DNA of 64,000 nt from Candidatus Brocadiia bacterium (lineage in GTDB: Bacteria; Planctomycetota; Brocadiia; CAIUPP01), in the NCBI GenBank assembly GCA_050015075.1, contig JBEKCB010000003.1:64001-128000 (forward strand). The letters are read 5' to 3'. A program made the translations under genes and the position numbers. Numbering within the stretch: position 1 is the first letter of the stretch; every line of letters starts with the position of its first letter. The notes under the pieces were generated by a model that ran no database searches, was not told the DNA's origin, and saw only the letters and a program-made list of their open reading frames with translations. Below, one piece after another: positions 40,184-48,605 of this stretch.

Positions 40184-41641
40184 GTGAAGTCAGACCAGCG
40201 GTCGGAATCGGAAGTCATGGCGGCGCTCCGCGACGCGGGGCAAGGGCACGTGCTGCGCTGGTGGGACGAGCTGGACCCGGCCGGGCGCGCGCGGCTGATG
40301 GAGCAGTTGCGCTCGGTGGAACTCGACGGGCTCCGCGCGCTGATCGCCGACGTCCGCGCGGGCCGGATCAACGCGCCGCCGGCGGGCCGGCCCGAGCTGC
40401 CCGATTACGTCCGGCTGCCGTCCACGCCGGAGGAAAAGAGCGCGCGCGAGAACGCCCGCGCGGCGGGCGAGCGGCTGTTCCGGGCCGGCAAGGTCGCCGC
40501 CGTCATGGTCGCCGGCGGCCAGGGCACGCGGCTGGGGCTCGATGCGCCGAAAGGAACTTTTCCCATCGGCCCCGTGTCCGGCCGTTCGCTCTTCCAGATC
40601 CACGCCGAGCGCATCCTGGCCACGCGCCGGCGCTGCGGCGGCCCGTTGCCGTGGTACATCATGACCAGCGACGCCACCGACCAGCCGACGAAGGACTATT
40701 TCGAAAAGCATGCCTGGTTCGGCCTGCCGCGCGAGGACGTGCGGTTCTTCCGGCAGCGCATGATCCCCGCGCTCGACCGGAACTTCCGCCTGGTCCTCGT
40801 CGCGAAGGACCGGATTCTCCTCAGCCCGAACGGCCACGGCGGCACGCTGACCGCCCTGGCCGAGAGCGGCATGCTCGACGACATGGAGCGGCGCGGCGTC
40901 GAGGAGATCAGCTATTTTCACGTGGACAACGGCCTGGCGCCGGCGGCGGACCCGGTCTTCGTCGGCAGCCATTCGCTCGCCGGAGCCGAGATGTCGTGCA
41001 AGGCGCTGTGGAAGCGCGAGCCGGAAGAGCCGCTCGGCGCGTTCGTCCGCGTCGGCGCCGCCGGGGACGCTCGCGCGCCGGAGCCGCGGCTCGTCGTCCG
41101 CGAATACAGCGATCTCACCCCCGAGCAGAAGCACCAGCGGACCGCCGGCGGGCGGCTTCTCTACGGCCTCGGCAGCATCGGGATGCACGTTCTCCGCGTG
41201 GACTTCGTCCGGAGCGAGACGCAGCCCGGCTTCAGCCTGCCGTTCCACCTGGCGGAGAAAAGTTCGCCGTTCCTCGACGAATCCGGCGCGCTCGTGCAGC
41301 CGAAGGACAAGAACGTTTTCAAGTTCGAGATGTTCATCTTCGACGCGTTGCGCGACGCGCGCCGCATCGTGGTGCTCGAAGTCCGCCGCGAGGAGGAGTT
41401 CTCGCCGCTCAAGAACGCGAAGGGAGTGGATTCGCCCGAGACGGCCCGGCGCGACATGAGCGCGCTCTACGCCGGCTGGCTGGAGCAGGCCGGCGTGCGC
41501 GTCCCGCGCGACGAGCACGGCGCGCCGAAACACCCGATCGAGATCAGCCCGCTCTTCGCGCTCGACGCCGCCGAGCTGGCCGGGAAAATCCCCAGGGACC
41601 TGAACGTCGCCGCGCCGGTCCTGCTCGCGCCGCAGGGTTGA
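40184..41641 (+). CDS. UDP-N-acetylhexosamine pyrophosphorylase (UDPGP family, eukaryote-like UAP)
   Basis: AGGQGTRLG..PKG, WYIMTS, SPNGHGG, VDN, KFEMFIFD and EFSPLKN motifs; GTG start with GGAG RBS. Confidence 0.9.
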   Translation: MKSDQRSESEVMAALRDAGQGHVLRWWDELDPAGRARLMEQLRSVELDGLRALIADVRAGRINAPPAGRPELPDYVRLPSTPEEKSARENARAAGERLFRAGKVAAVMVAGGQGTRLGLDAPKGTFPIGPVSGRSLFQIHAERILATRRRCGGPLPWYIMTSDATDQPTKDYFEKHAWFGLPREDVRFFRQRMIPALDRNFRLVLVAKDRILLSPNGHGGTLTALAESGMLDDMERRGVEEISYFHVDNGLAPAADPVFVGSHSLAGAEMSCKALWKREPEEPLGAFVRVGAAGDARAPEPRLVVREYSDLTPEQKHQRTAGGRLLYGLGSIGMHVLRVDFVRSETQPGFSLPFHLAEKSSPFLDESGALVQPKDKNVFKFEMFIFDALRDARRIVVLEVRREEEFSPLKNAKGVDSPETARRDMSALYAGWLEQAGVRVPRDEHGAPKHPIEISPLFALDAAELAGKIPRDLNVAAPVLLAPQG

Positions 41642-41715
41642 GCGGAGCGGCGGCTTGACAAAGACGGCTGATTTCTGATTTACGCGCAGGCAGCCCGTTC
41701 ATCGAGGTATTGCGA

Positions 41716-42672
41716 ATGTCCTCGCCGGACCTGACGATCGCGATCATCCATCATCGTCTCCGCGGCTATCCGCAGGAGTGCATCGAGTCTCTCGGCCCGC
41801 TTCCGGCCGGGACGGAGCTGCTGCTGGTTCAGACCGAATCGGCCGCGCCGGCGCGCGCGCAGGCGCGGGTGATTTCCGTCCGGCCCGATTCCTCGCTCGC
41901 GGCGGCGAAGAACCTCGCCGTGGCCGAGGCGCGCGGCGAATACCTGCTGCTCGCCGCGGCGGAGACGGTGGCCTGCCCGGGGACGGTGGAACGGCTCCGT
42001 AAATTCCTGGGAGAAGCCGGGGCGCCCGTGGTCGCCTCCGCGCGATTGCTCCAGGAGAACGGCATGCCGCGGCGGACCGGGTTCGCGCTGCCCTCGATCG
42101 GGCGCGAATTGAACTTCTTCGACTGGCTCTGGCGGCAGCGGCGTTTCGCCGCCCGCTCTCGCAAGCCGCCGGTCGCCGGCCCGGTCCGGCGCGTGCGGGC
42201 GCTCCACGCCACGTTCCTCATGGCGCGGCGCGAGACGTTCCGGTCCGTCGGCGAGTTCTCGGAAGGGTACCGGTTCGCTTTTGAGGACCTGGAATGGTCC
42301 TGGCGCGCGGAGAAAAAAGGCGTCGCGCTTTGCGTTTGCCCGAAGGCGCCGGCCTACAAGCTGCCGCCGCAACTGAAGGGCGAGCTTTCGCCGGAGATCA
42401 GCGTGGCCCTGGAAGCCTCGCAGGCGCGCTGCGTTCGCGCCACGCGCGGGGCGGCGTATGCGCGGGCGTTCCGCGCGACGCGCGCGGCGAAAGCGCTCGG
42501 CCTCTGGCTCGGCGCGGCCGGCCTCAGCGGGCTCTTCTGCGGCGCCTCGGAAACCCTGGAGAACCAGGCGGCCGTCCATCGCGCGGTCTGGAAAATGGGG
42601 CCGGATGCAGCGCCGGACCCGGATCTCCCGGCGGATGTCGAGTCGTGCGTGAGATGGGAGACGTTCGTGTAG
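41716..42672 (+). CDS. GT2-like glycosyltransferase, degenerate
   Basis: LTIAII, AAAKNLAV, ARGEYLLL and FEDLEWSWR GT2 pattern; DxD motif absent. Confidence 0.65.
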   Translation: MSSPDLTIAIIHHRLRGYPQECIESLGPLPAGTELLLVQTESAAPARAQARVISVRPDSSLAAAKNLAVAEARGEYLLLAAAETVACPGTVERLRKFLGEAGAPVVASARLLQENGMPRRTGFALPSIGRELNFFDWLWRQRRFAARSRKPPVAGPVRRVRALHATFLMARRETFRSVGEFSEGYRFAFEDLEWSWRAEKKGVALCVCPKAPAYKLPPQLKGELSPEISVALEASQARCVRATRGAAYARAFRATRAAKALGLWLGAAGLSGLFCGASETLENQAAVHRAVWKMGPDAAPDPDLPADVESCVRWETFV

Positions 42673-42688
42673 CCGCTTTCGCGCGCGG

Positions 42689-42718
42689 TTGACATGGCCA
42701 AAACCGTTTTGCTAATAT
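42689..42718 (+). promoter_or_regulatory. Putative sigma70 promoter
   Basis: TTGACA-N18-TAATAT with TG extension. Confidence 0.55.
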
Positions 42719-42805
42719 CCGTTCGCCGCACCGGATCGCTACATCACAGAGCGTCATCGCAGACTCCGCGAAGCCCCGTCTGATGTGTGCACAGGGAGAT
42801 GAACC

Positions 42806-44173
42806 GTGGACGCCGAGCCGCTGTTTCTGCGAGGCAAGGAAGCGGTTGAGCGCGGAGACTACGATTACGCCATAGCGCTCTTCCGCGACGTGCTGAAGAT
42901 GGATCCGACGCATCGCAACAGCCGCATTGCGCTGCGCGGCTGCGAAATGAAGAAGTTCGACGCGGTCGGCGGCATCAAGGCCAAGGTCGTCGGGACCCTC
43001 AAAGGCATCGTCCCGCTGGCGAAAATGACGGTCTTCCGGTGGAAGCCGGAGAAGGTCGTGGATGCCGCCGAGGCCTACCTGGTCAACGAGCCGACGAGCG
43101 TCCACGTGCTCGTGGCGCTCGCCAACGCGCTGGAGAAGCTGGAGCATCTCGAAGCGGCCGCCGACACGCTCGAGTTCGCCCGCCTGCGCCATCCGAACCA
43201 CGTCGGCGTGCTCTACCGCTTGGGCGAAGTGCTCGCCGCGCTGGGCCAGTACGACAGATCGGTCCGCTGCTACCAGGCGATTCTGGGCCTCCGGCCGAAC
43301 GACCGCGAGGCCGCGGCGCGCGTCCGGTCGGTCTCGGCGGAATCGCACCTGAAGCGGTCGCACCTGGAGGAATCGCAAACCTTCCGCGAGCAGTTGCGCG
43401 ACGAAACGACGACCAAGACGCTGGCGCAGGCCGATCGCATGGTCCGCACCGACGAGGACCGCGACCAGGACGTCACGCAGGCCAAGAAGGCGGTGGAGGA
43501 GAACCCGGCCGACGCCGATGCGCTCATGCGGCTCGCCGACGTGCTCGCCCGGAGCGAGCGACTGGTGGAGGCGGAAGCCGCCTACCGCAAGTCGTTCGAG
43601 ATCAGCAAGAAGTGGGCGGCGCGCGAGAAACTCGGCGACACGCACATGCGGCTGCTCGAGCAGGCCGAGCAGCAGGCGAAGAAAGTGGCCGAGGAAAGCG
43701 GCCGCGATCCGGCCGCCGTGGCGCGCGCACACGAGGCCACCCACCGGCGGCTGGAGTTCGCGATCAAGGAATTCGAGATCCGCCGGAAGCAGCACCCGAC
43801 GGAGGCGCGGCTGGCGTGGCAGCTCGGGCAGTACTATTTCGAGCTCGGCGGCGAGGCCAACATTCAGCAGGCGACTCAGCAGTTCCAGTACGCGGTGAGC
43901 AGCGTGCCGCTCAAGGCGCGGGCGCAGTTGATGCTCGGCCGCTGCTTCGCGCTCAATCCGAAGACGCTCGACATGGCGAAGGAGCAGTTCATCAAGGCGT
44001 ACGAGGCCATGGACGACGATCAGAGCGACATGGCCAAATCGCTGCTCTACGAGCTGGGGGCGTCGTGCGAGAAGATGGGCAGCAAGCCCGACGCGCTCGC
44101 CTGGTACAAGAAGATTTTCGCAGTGGACGCCGGTTATCGGGACGTGGCGAAGAAGATCCAGCTCCTCGGTTAG
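42806..44173 (+). CDS. TPR-repeat protein
   Basis: Multiple TPR helices; C-terminal D.GYRDV motif. Confidence 0.8.
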   Translation: MDAEPLFLRGKEAVERGDYDYAIALFRDVLKMDPTHRNSRIALRGCEMKKFDAVGGIKAKVVGTLKGIVPLAKMTVFRWKPEKVVDAAEAYLVNEPTSVHVLVALANALEKLEHLEAAADTLEFARLRHPNHVGVLYRLGEVLAALGQYDRSVRCYQAILGLRPNDREAAARVRSVSAESHLKRSHLEESQTFREQLRDETTTKTLAQADRMVRTDEDRDQDVTQAKKAVEENPADADALMRLADVLARSERLVEAEAAYRKSFEISKKWAAREKLGDTHMRLLEQAEQQAKKVAEESGRDPAAVARAHEATHRRLEFAIKEFEIRRKQHPTEARLAWQLGQYYFELGGEANIQQATQQFQYAVSSVPLKARAQLMLGRCFALNPKTLDMAKEQFIKAYEAMDDDQSDMAKSLLYELGASCEKMGSKPDALAWYKKIFAVDAGYRDVAKKIQLLG

Positions 44174-44188
44174 AAAGGAAGAGCCGCA

Positions 44189-44461
44189 TTGGCACACGGC
44201 AAATCCGCAAAGAAACGCATTCGGCAGAACGCCGCGCGCCGGTTGCACAACCGGCAGGCGAAGTCCGCGCTCCGCACCACCGTCAAGAAATTGACCGTGG
44301 CCGTCGGCGCCGGTGACGCCGCCGCCGCAACCGCCGCTTACCACGGCGTCCAGAAAAAACTGGACCAGGCCGTGGCGAAGGGCATCGTGCGCAAGGGCAC
44401 CGCGGACCGCGTGAAGTCGCGCCTCGCCGCGAGACTGGCGGCGAAAGCCCCGAAGAAGTGA
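44189..44461 (+). CDS. rpsT: 30S ribosomal protein S20
   Basis: MAHGKSAKKRIRQN...KSALRT...KG..R.KSRL; TTG start with AAAGGA RBS. Confidence 0.95.
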   Translation: MAHGKSAKKRIRQNAARRLHNRQAKSALRTTVKKLTVAVGAGDAAAATAAYHGVQKKLDQAVAKGIVRKGTADRVKSRLAARLAAKAPKK

Positions 44462-44508
44462 CCGCCGGGCGCGCCGCCCGCCCTCTGCGTTCTTCGTGAT
44501 GAGAGAGT

Positions 44509-44997
44509 ATGGCGCGGGCATATATCGGCCTCGGCTCGAACCTCGGCGACCGCGAAGGATGCCTGCGCGCCGCGCTCCAGGCCCTTCGCGATGCGGGCGT
44601 CGTCATCCTCCGCACGAGCCGCTTCGTCGAAACACTTCCCGTCGGCAAGACGGACCAGCCGGATTTTCTCAACGCCGCGGCCGAACTCCGCACGGACCTT
44701 TCCGCGCGGGAACTCCTCGACCTGCTCCTGCGGATCGAAAGCTCGCTCGGAAGAGTCCGCGCGGAACGCTGGGGGCCGCGAACGCTCGACCTCGACCTGC
44801 TCCTTTACGACGGCGAGGTCATCCGGGAAACCGGCCTTGAAGTCCCTCACCCGCGCATGCACGAGCGCCGCTTCGTCCTCGAACCGCTCGCCGAGATCGC
44901 GCCCGACGCCCGGCACCCGGCGCTCGGGAAGTCGGTCGCTCAGTTGCTGCGCGACCTCGATTTTGACACTCCGAATCCCGGACGCTATAGTCCCTGA
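44509..44997 (+). CDS. folK: 2-amino-4-hydroxy-6-hydroxymethyldihydropteridine diphosphokinase
   Basis: YIGLGSNLGDR, WGPRTLDLDLL and PHPRMHERRFVL motifs. Confidence 0.95.
   Translation: MARAYIGLGSNLGDREGCLRAALQALRDAGVVILRTSRFVETLPVGKTDQPDFLNAAAELRTDLSARELLDLLLRIESSLGRVRAERWGPRTLDLDLLLYDGEVIRETGLEVPHPRMHERRFVLEPLAEIAPDARHPALGKSVAQLLRDLDFDTPNPGRYSP
44963..44991 (+). promoter_or_regulatory. Sigma70 promoter inside the 3' end of folK
   Basis: TTGACA-N17-TATAGT just upstream of the next CDS. Confidence 0.6.
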
Positions 44998-45039
44998 CAC
45001 AGGCCCGTTTCCGGCGCAATGAGTCCAGGAGGCTTCGTC

Positions 45040-45621
45040 ATGGAACGGCCGCGCACGCCGCGCAAAGAGTACATGCCGCTGAAGCGCCCGCAGATGAAGA
45101 TCGTCCTGCTCGTCGGCTGCGTGCTGTTCATGACCTGCATTCTCGTCAGCATCCTGCAGACGTACTTCTTCCTCAGCGGCCTGCATCAGGGCGCCGTGCT
45201 CCAGGGCGAGATGTCCAGCGAAGTGTGGCTCATCACCAGCGGCGTGGCGCTGGTCACGCTGTGCGTAATGGCGCCGGTGTTCATGTTCATCGCGGTCTGG
45301 GTTTCGTACCGGATCCTGGGCCCGGTCCGGCGCGTGGCGCGCGAGATGGAGAGCGTCGGCGAAGGCCGGGTCGGCGGCGGATTGGCGTTCCGAGCCGGGG
45401 ACGACCTGACCTTTCTGGCCACTGCGTTCGGCGCGATGAAAGAGGGCCTGGCCCGCCGCATCGCCGCGTGCCAGGAGGCCGGAAACGAGATGGACCAGGC
45501 CGTGCAGCGCGTCGAGTTCGCGGCCTCCACAGGCGCCGGCCGCGAACTGGCTCCCGCCGTCGCGCAACTGAGGCAGGCAGCCGCCGCATTGCAGGCAAGG
45601 CTCAATCAGTTCAAGGTTTAG
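45040..45621 (+). CDS. Two-TM membrane protein with HAMP-like domain and coiled coil
   Basis: Two TM segments; SYRILGPVRRV...FRAGDDL pattern; AGGAGG RBS before ATG 45040. Confidence 0.7.
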   Translation: MERPRTPRKEYMPLKRPQMKIVLLVGCVLFMTCILVSILQTYFFLSGLHQGAVLQGEMSSEVWLITSGVALVTLCVMAPVFMFIAVWVSYRILGPVRRVAREMESVGEGRVGGGLAFRAGDDLTFLATAFGAMKEGLARRIAACQEAGNEMDQAVQRVEFAASTGAGRELAPAVAQLRQAAAALQARLNQFKV

Positions 45622-45624
45622 CGG

Positions 45625-45714
45625 GACGATGGACCAGAGACGATAGACGATGGACGATGGCCGGAGGGAACAATCGTCTATCGTCCATGGTCTATCGTCG
45701 TTCGTCTATCGTCC
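45625..45714. repeat. 7-nt-period palindrome between convergent genes
   Basis: GACGATG/GACGATA units facing TATCGTC units; overlaps the last codons of the GT39-like gene. Confidence 0.75.
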
Positions 45715-47266
45715 TCCGCTCGTAAATCAAGCAAACCGGCGTCCCGCCGGGCCACAGCGTGTTGGCCCAGGCCGGCTGAGGCGGCGAGTTGATGAACGCC
45801 CGCTCCGCGTCGGTCAGCCAGTATCCTCGGCGCGGCACAACGACCAGGTAATCCCAGTCGCGGTCGCCGAAGTCCCCCATGCGGATGTCTCGCCGCGCCT
45901 CGCCGAGCCCTTGATAGAACTGCCAGATGTAATCGGGCACCGCGACGAAGGCCACCTTGCCGTCGGGCGGCACCTCTTTGTTCAGGTAGTCCAGCGCCTT
46001 GGAGTCGAACGTATCGTCCCAGTACGTCGTCTCGAACCCGAGCTTCGCCGCGCCCCACGGCCCGCCGGCGAGTTCGCCGTAGTAGCAGAGCTGGTACGGA
46101 TGAAACGCCACGACCGGCAGCAGCAGCCAGGCCGCCAGGACCGCGGCGCAGGCCGCCCCGGCCCATCTTCGGCCGCGGCCGAGAGAATCCCACGCCGCGA
46201 CCGCGCCCGCCGCCGCCAGCGCCGCCAGGAACGGATACGCCGGGAGCATCAGGCGGATGCCGTCGTACTTCGGGACTCCCGGCAGCGCGAGCAGGCAGAC
46301 CGGGAACAGGAATCCCCAGACCACCAGCGCCTCGTGCGCCGACTCGCTCCATTTCGCGCGGAGCGTTCGGACATATCGCCACGCGCCTGCGGTCAGTGCG
46401 ACGAGGACCGGCAGCGGCGTCGTCGCGAGCAGCATCACGAACGGATAGTGCCACGGCGCGACCCGGTCGCGGTACGCCGTCCCGAGGTAATAGACCGGGA
46501 TGATCATCCGCTGCGCCTTGTCGGCGAGGTACGCGTGCAGGGCGGCGGCCGGGTGATACCACATCACCGGCCAGCCGATGAGGAAGATCAGCGGGCCGCA
46601 GAGCGCCATGGCCGCGATGTTGCGCAGCGCCTTCCGCCCGTGGAACAGCAAGCCCCACGGCAGCAGGAGGACCGGCAGGAAAACCGCGTTGATCTTCGTC
46701 AGCAGCGCCAGGCCGAAGAGCGCGCCGCACGCGACGCTCCATCCGCGCCGCTCGATCCCGCGCTCGAACGCGATGACCGTCAGCAGCCAGAGGAGCAGCG
46801 TGGCCATCTCGATGTTCGCGAAGTGCCCGTGCGCGAAGAGGCGCGGCATCAGGACGAAAACCGCCGCCGCGACGAGTCCCTCGCGCTCGCCGCGCTTCGA
46901 GGCGATCCAGAGGAAGATCGCCGCCGCCGCGACGCCGAACAGCAGCGCCGCGCCGATCCGCGCCGCGGTCAGGAGGTCCACCGCTCCGCCGAAGAGCCTC
47001 ATGTTCAGCGCGATCCACAGGCTTCCCAGCGGCGGATGGTCCTCATAGCCCCAATGCTCGCGGATGACCGGCCAAGTGAAGTTGCGGGCGGAAAGGCCCT
47101 GGAACCACTCCGTGTAATTCAGCGCGCGGCCGATGTAGAGCGGCTCGTCCATGGTCAGGCCGGGGCCGCGCGCCGTCAGCGCAATCGCGGCGGCGACCGC
47201 CAGGAAGATCGCCGCCGCCCGCCACGCGCGGCGACCGGCCTTTTCCGTCAAGGGGCGCGCGGTCAT
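45692..47266 (-). CDS. GT39/ArnT-like (PMT family) glycosyltransferase
   Basis: TMDEPLY, DHPPL, LALLTK, KYDGIR and FETTYW motifs; many TM segments. Confidence 0.8.
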   Translation of the reverse strand: MTARPLTEKAGRRAWRAAAIFLAVAAAIALTARGPGLTMDEPLYIGRALNYTEWFQGLSARNFTWPVIREHWGYEDHPPLGSLWIALNMRLFGGAVDLLTAARIGAALLFGVAAAAIFLWIASKRGEREGLVAAAVFVLMPRLFAHGHFANIEMATLLLWLLTVIAFERGIERRGWSVACGALFGLALLTKINAVFLPVLLLPWGLLFHGRKALRNIAAMALCGPLIFLIGWPVMWYHPAAALHAYLADKAQRMIIPVYYLGTAYRDRVAPWHYPFVMLLATTPLPVLVALTAGAWRYVRTLRAKWSESAHEALVVWGFLFPVCLLALPGVPKYDGIRLMLPAYPFLAALAAAGAVAAWDSLGRGRRWAGAACAAVLAAWLLLPVVAFHPYQLCYYGELAGGPWGAAKLGFETTYWDDTFDSKALDYLNKEVPPDGKVAFVAVPDYIWQFYQGLGEARRDIRMGDFGDRDWDYLVVVPRRGYWLTDAERAFINSPPQPAWANTLWPGGTPVCLIYERRTIDERR

Positions 47267-47343
47267 CTCGTCGAGTGTCCCTGAAATGACATGCCTGAGC
47301 CCATCCCGCGTCATGTCGCGCGCAGTACGCTGCGCGCTATGGT

Positions 47344-47408
47344 GCTTGTAGTGTGCCCTCAGGGCATACGACGTAGACGACGTAGCGCCTGACGGCGCCA
47401 CTACAAGC
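47344..47408 (+). repeat. Cloverleaf/REP-like palindromic element, copy 4
   Basis: GCTTGTAGTG-TGCCC TCA GGGCA-TACGACGTAGACGACGTA-GCGCC TGAC GGCGC-CACTACAAGC. Confidence 0.85.
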
Positions 47409-47428
47409 TAAGCCGCTCCGCGCGGGCC

Positions 47429-48370
47429 TCAGCCGGCTTCGGGCTCGCGCTCGTGGAGCTTGACGAGGTCCGCGAGGAGTTCCTTCATGTTCGGGTAGCG
47501 GCGCTCCGGCGACTTCGCCATGCAACGCAGGATGATCGGTTCGAGGCCTTCGGGCAGGTCGCGCGCGACCTCGGTCGGCCGGGGCGGCGGATCATGCACG
47601 TGCTTTTGCATCAACTCCGACGCCCGGCGCGCGGCGTGGGCGGGATCGCGCGGGCCGCGCCCCACCGAAAAAGGCAGGCTGCCGGTGAAGATCTCGAACA
47701 GGACCACGCCGAAGGAGTAGATGTCCGCCGCCGGCGCGAGGCGGCGGCCTTCGCACTGTTCAGGCGACATGGTGGTCAGCGTGCCGCTCTTTTCCTCGAA
47801 GGCGATCCCGGCGGGCGCGGTGAAGCCCAGGTCAATCAGCTTCGTCCGGCCGTCCTTGGAGAAGAGGATGTTATCCGAGCAGACGTCCCGGTGAACCAGC
47901 CCGTGCTCGTGGATGATCGCCAGCGCGGAGCCGGCGGCTTGGAGGATCTCCAGCCGATTCCTGCGCAGCCGCGGATCGGCGCAGCCGAGCATGTGCTTGA
48001 GGTTGGCGCCGTCCACGAACTCCTGGACGAGGTACTGGCAGCGCGCCGGATCGTTGCATTCCCATCCGTAGGTGAAGGTCCGCACGATGGGGAAACTCGG
48101 GTCGAAGATCGTCGTGGGCGGAGTCAGCAGGACGCCGACCTCGCCCTCGCAGGGCACGCCGTAGCGTTTCTGCATGCGGCGCGACGTGCGGTCGTATCCG
48201 GGCTTGTAGAGCTTGAGCGCGTACAGGGCCGGGTCCGGCGGCCGGCGCGCCTGGTACACGCAGGCCTTTTCGCCGTCATGCACCGGCCGGATGGGATGGA
48301 ACTCGCGGAAATGCCGCTTTTCCGCGCGCCGCGCCCAGCCGAACCATTCCCGCCAGAATGATTTCGCCAT
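47429..48370 (-). CDS. Hanks-type Ser/Thr protein kinase
   Basis: YALK, HRDVCSDN, LIDLG, MSPEQ and DIYSFG motifs. Confidence 0.88.
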   Translation of the reverse strand: MAKSFWREWFGWARRAEKRHFREFHPIRPVHDGEKACVYQARRPPDPALYALKLYKPGYDRTSRRMQKRYGVPCEGEVGVLLTPPTTIFDPSFPIVRTFTYGWECNDPARCQYLVQEFVDGANLKHMLGCADPRLRRNRLEILQAAGSALAIIHEHGLVHRDVCSDNILFSKDGRTKLIDLGFTAPAGIAFEEKSGTLTTMSPEQCEGRRLAPAADIYSFGVVLFEIFTGSLPFSVGRGPRDPAHAARRASELMQKHVHDPPPRPTEVARDLPEGLEPIILRCMAKSPERRYPNMKELLADLVKLHEREPEAG

Positions 48371-48530
48371 GCGTTTCGCTGCTCTAAATCGTACTCGTCC
48401 TCGTCGTCGTCCTCGTCCTCGAACTGTCCTTTGTATAAGGCCAAGACGGCTTGAATGATAGGGTCGCGTGGCCGAAAATGCAAACCGGCGACACGATCTC
48501 CTGATTGTACGCTGACAATTGAATTGCTGT

Positions 48531-48559
48531 TTGACAAGTGGGACTCTGACGGCCAGAAT
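48531..48559 (+). promoter_or_regulatory. Putative sigma70 promoter of the candidate selenoprotein operon
   Basis: TTGACA-N17-CAGAAT. Confidence 0.5.
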
Positions 48560-48605
48560 ACGGTGCCTATTGCCGGCGTCCGTTGCCTTGAGGGAGGAGC
48601 GGAAG

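Noticed and set aside
20784-47408. Cloverleaf repeats as tRNA genes or CRISPR repeats
   Set aside because: They are too short, lack T-loop/D-loop consensus and CCA, are dispersed rather than arrayed with spacers, and no cas genes are present
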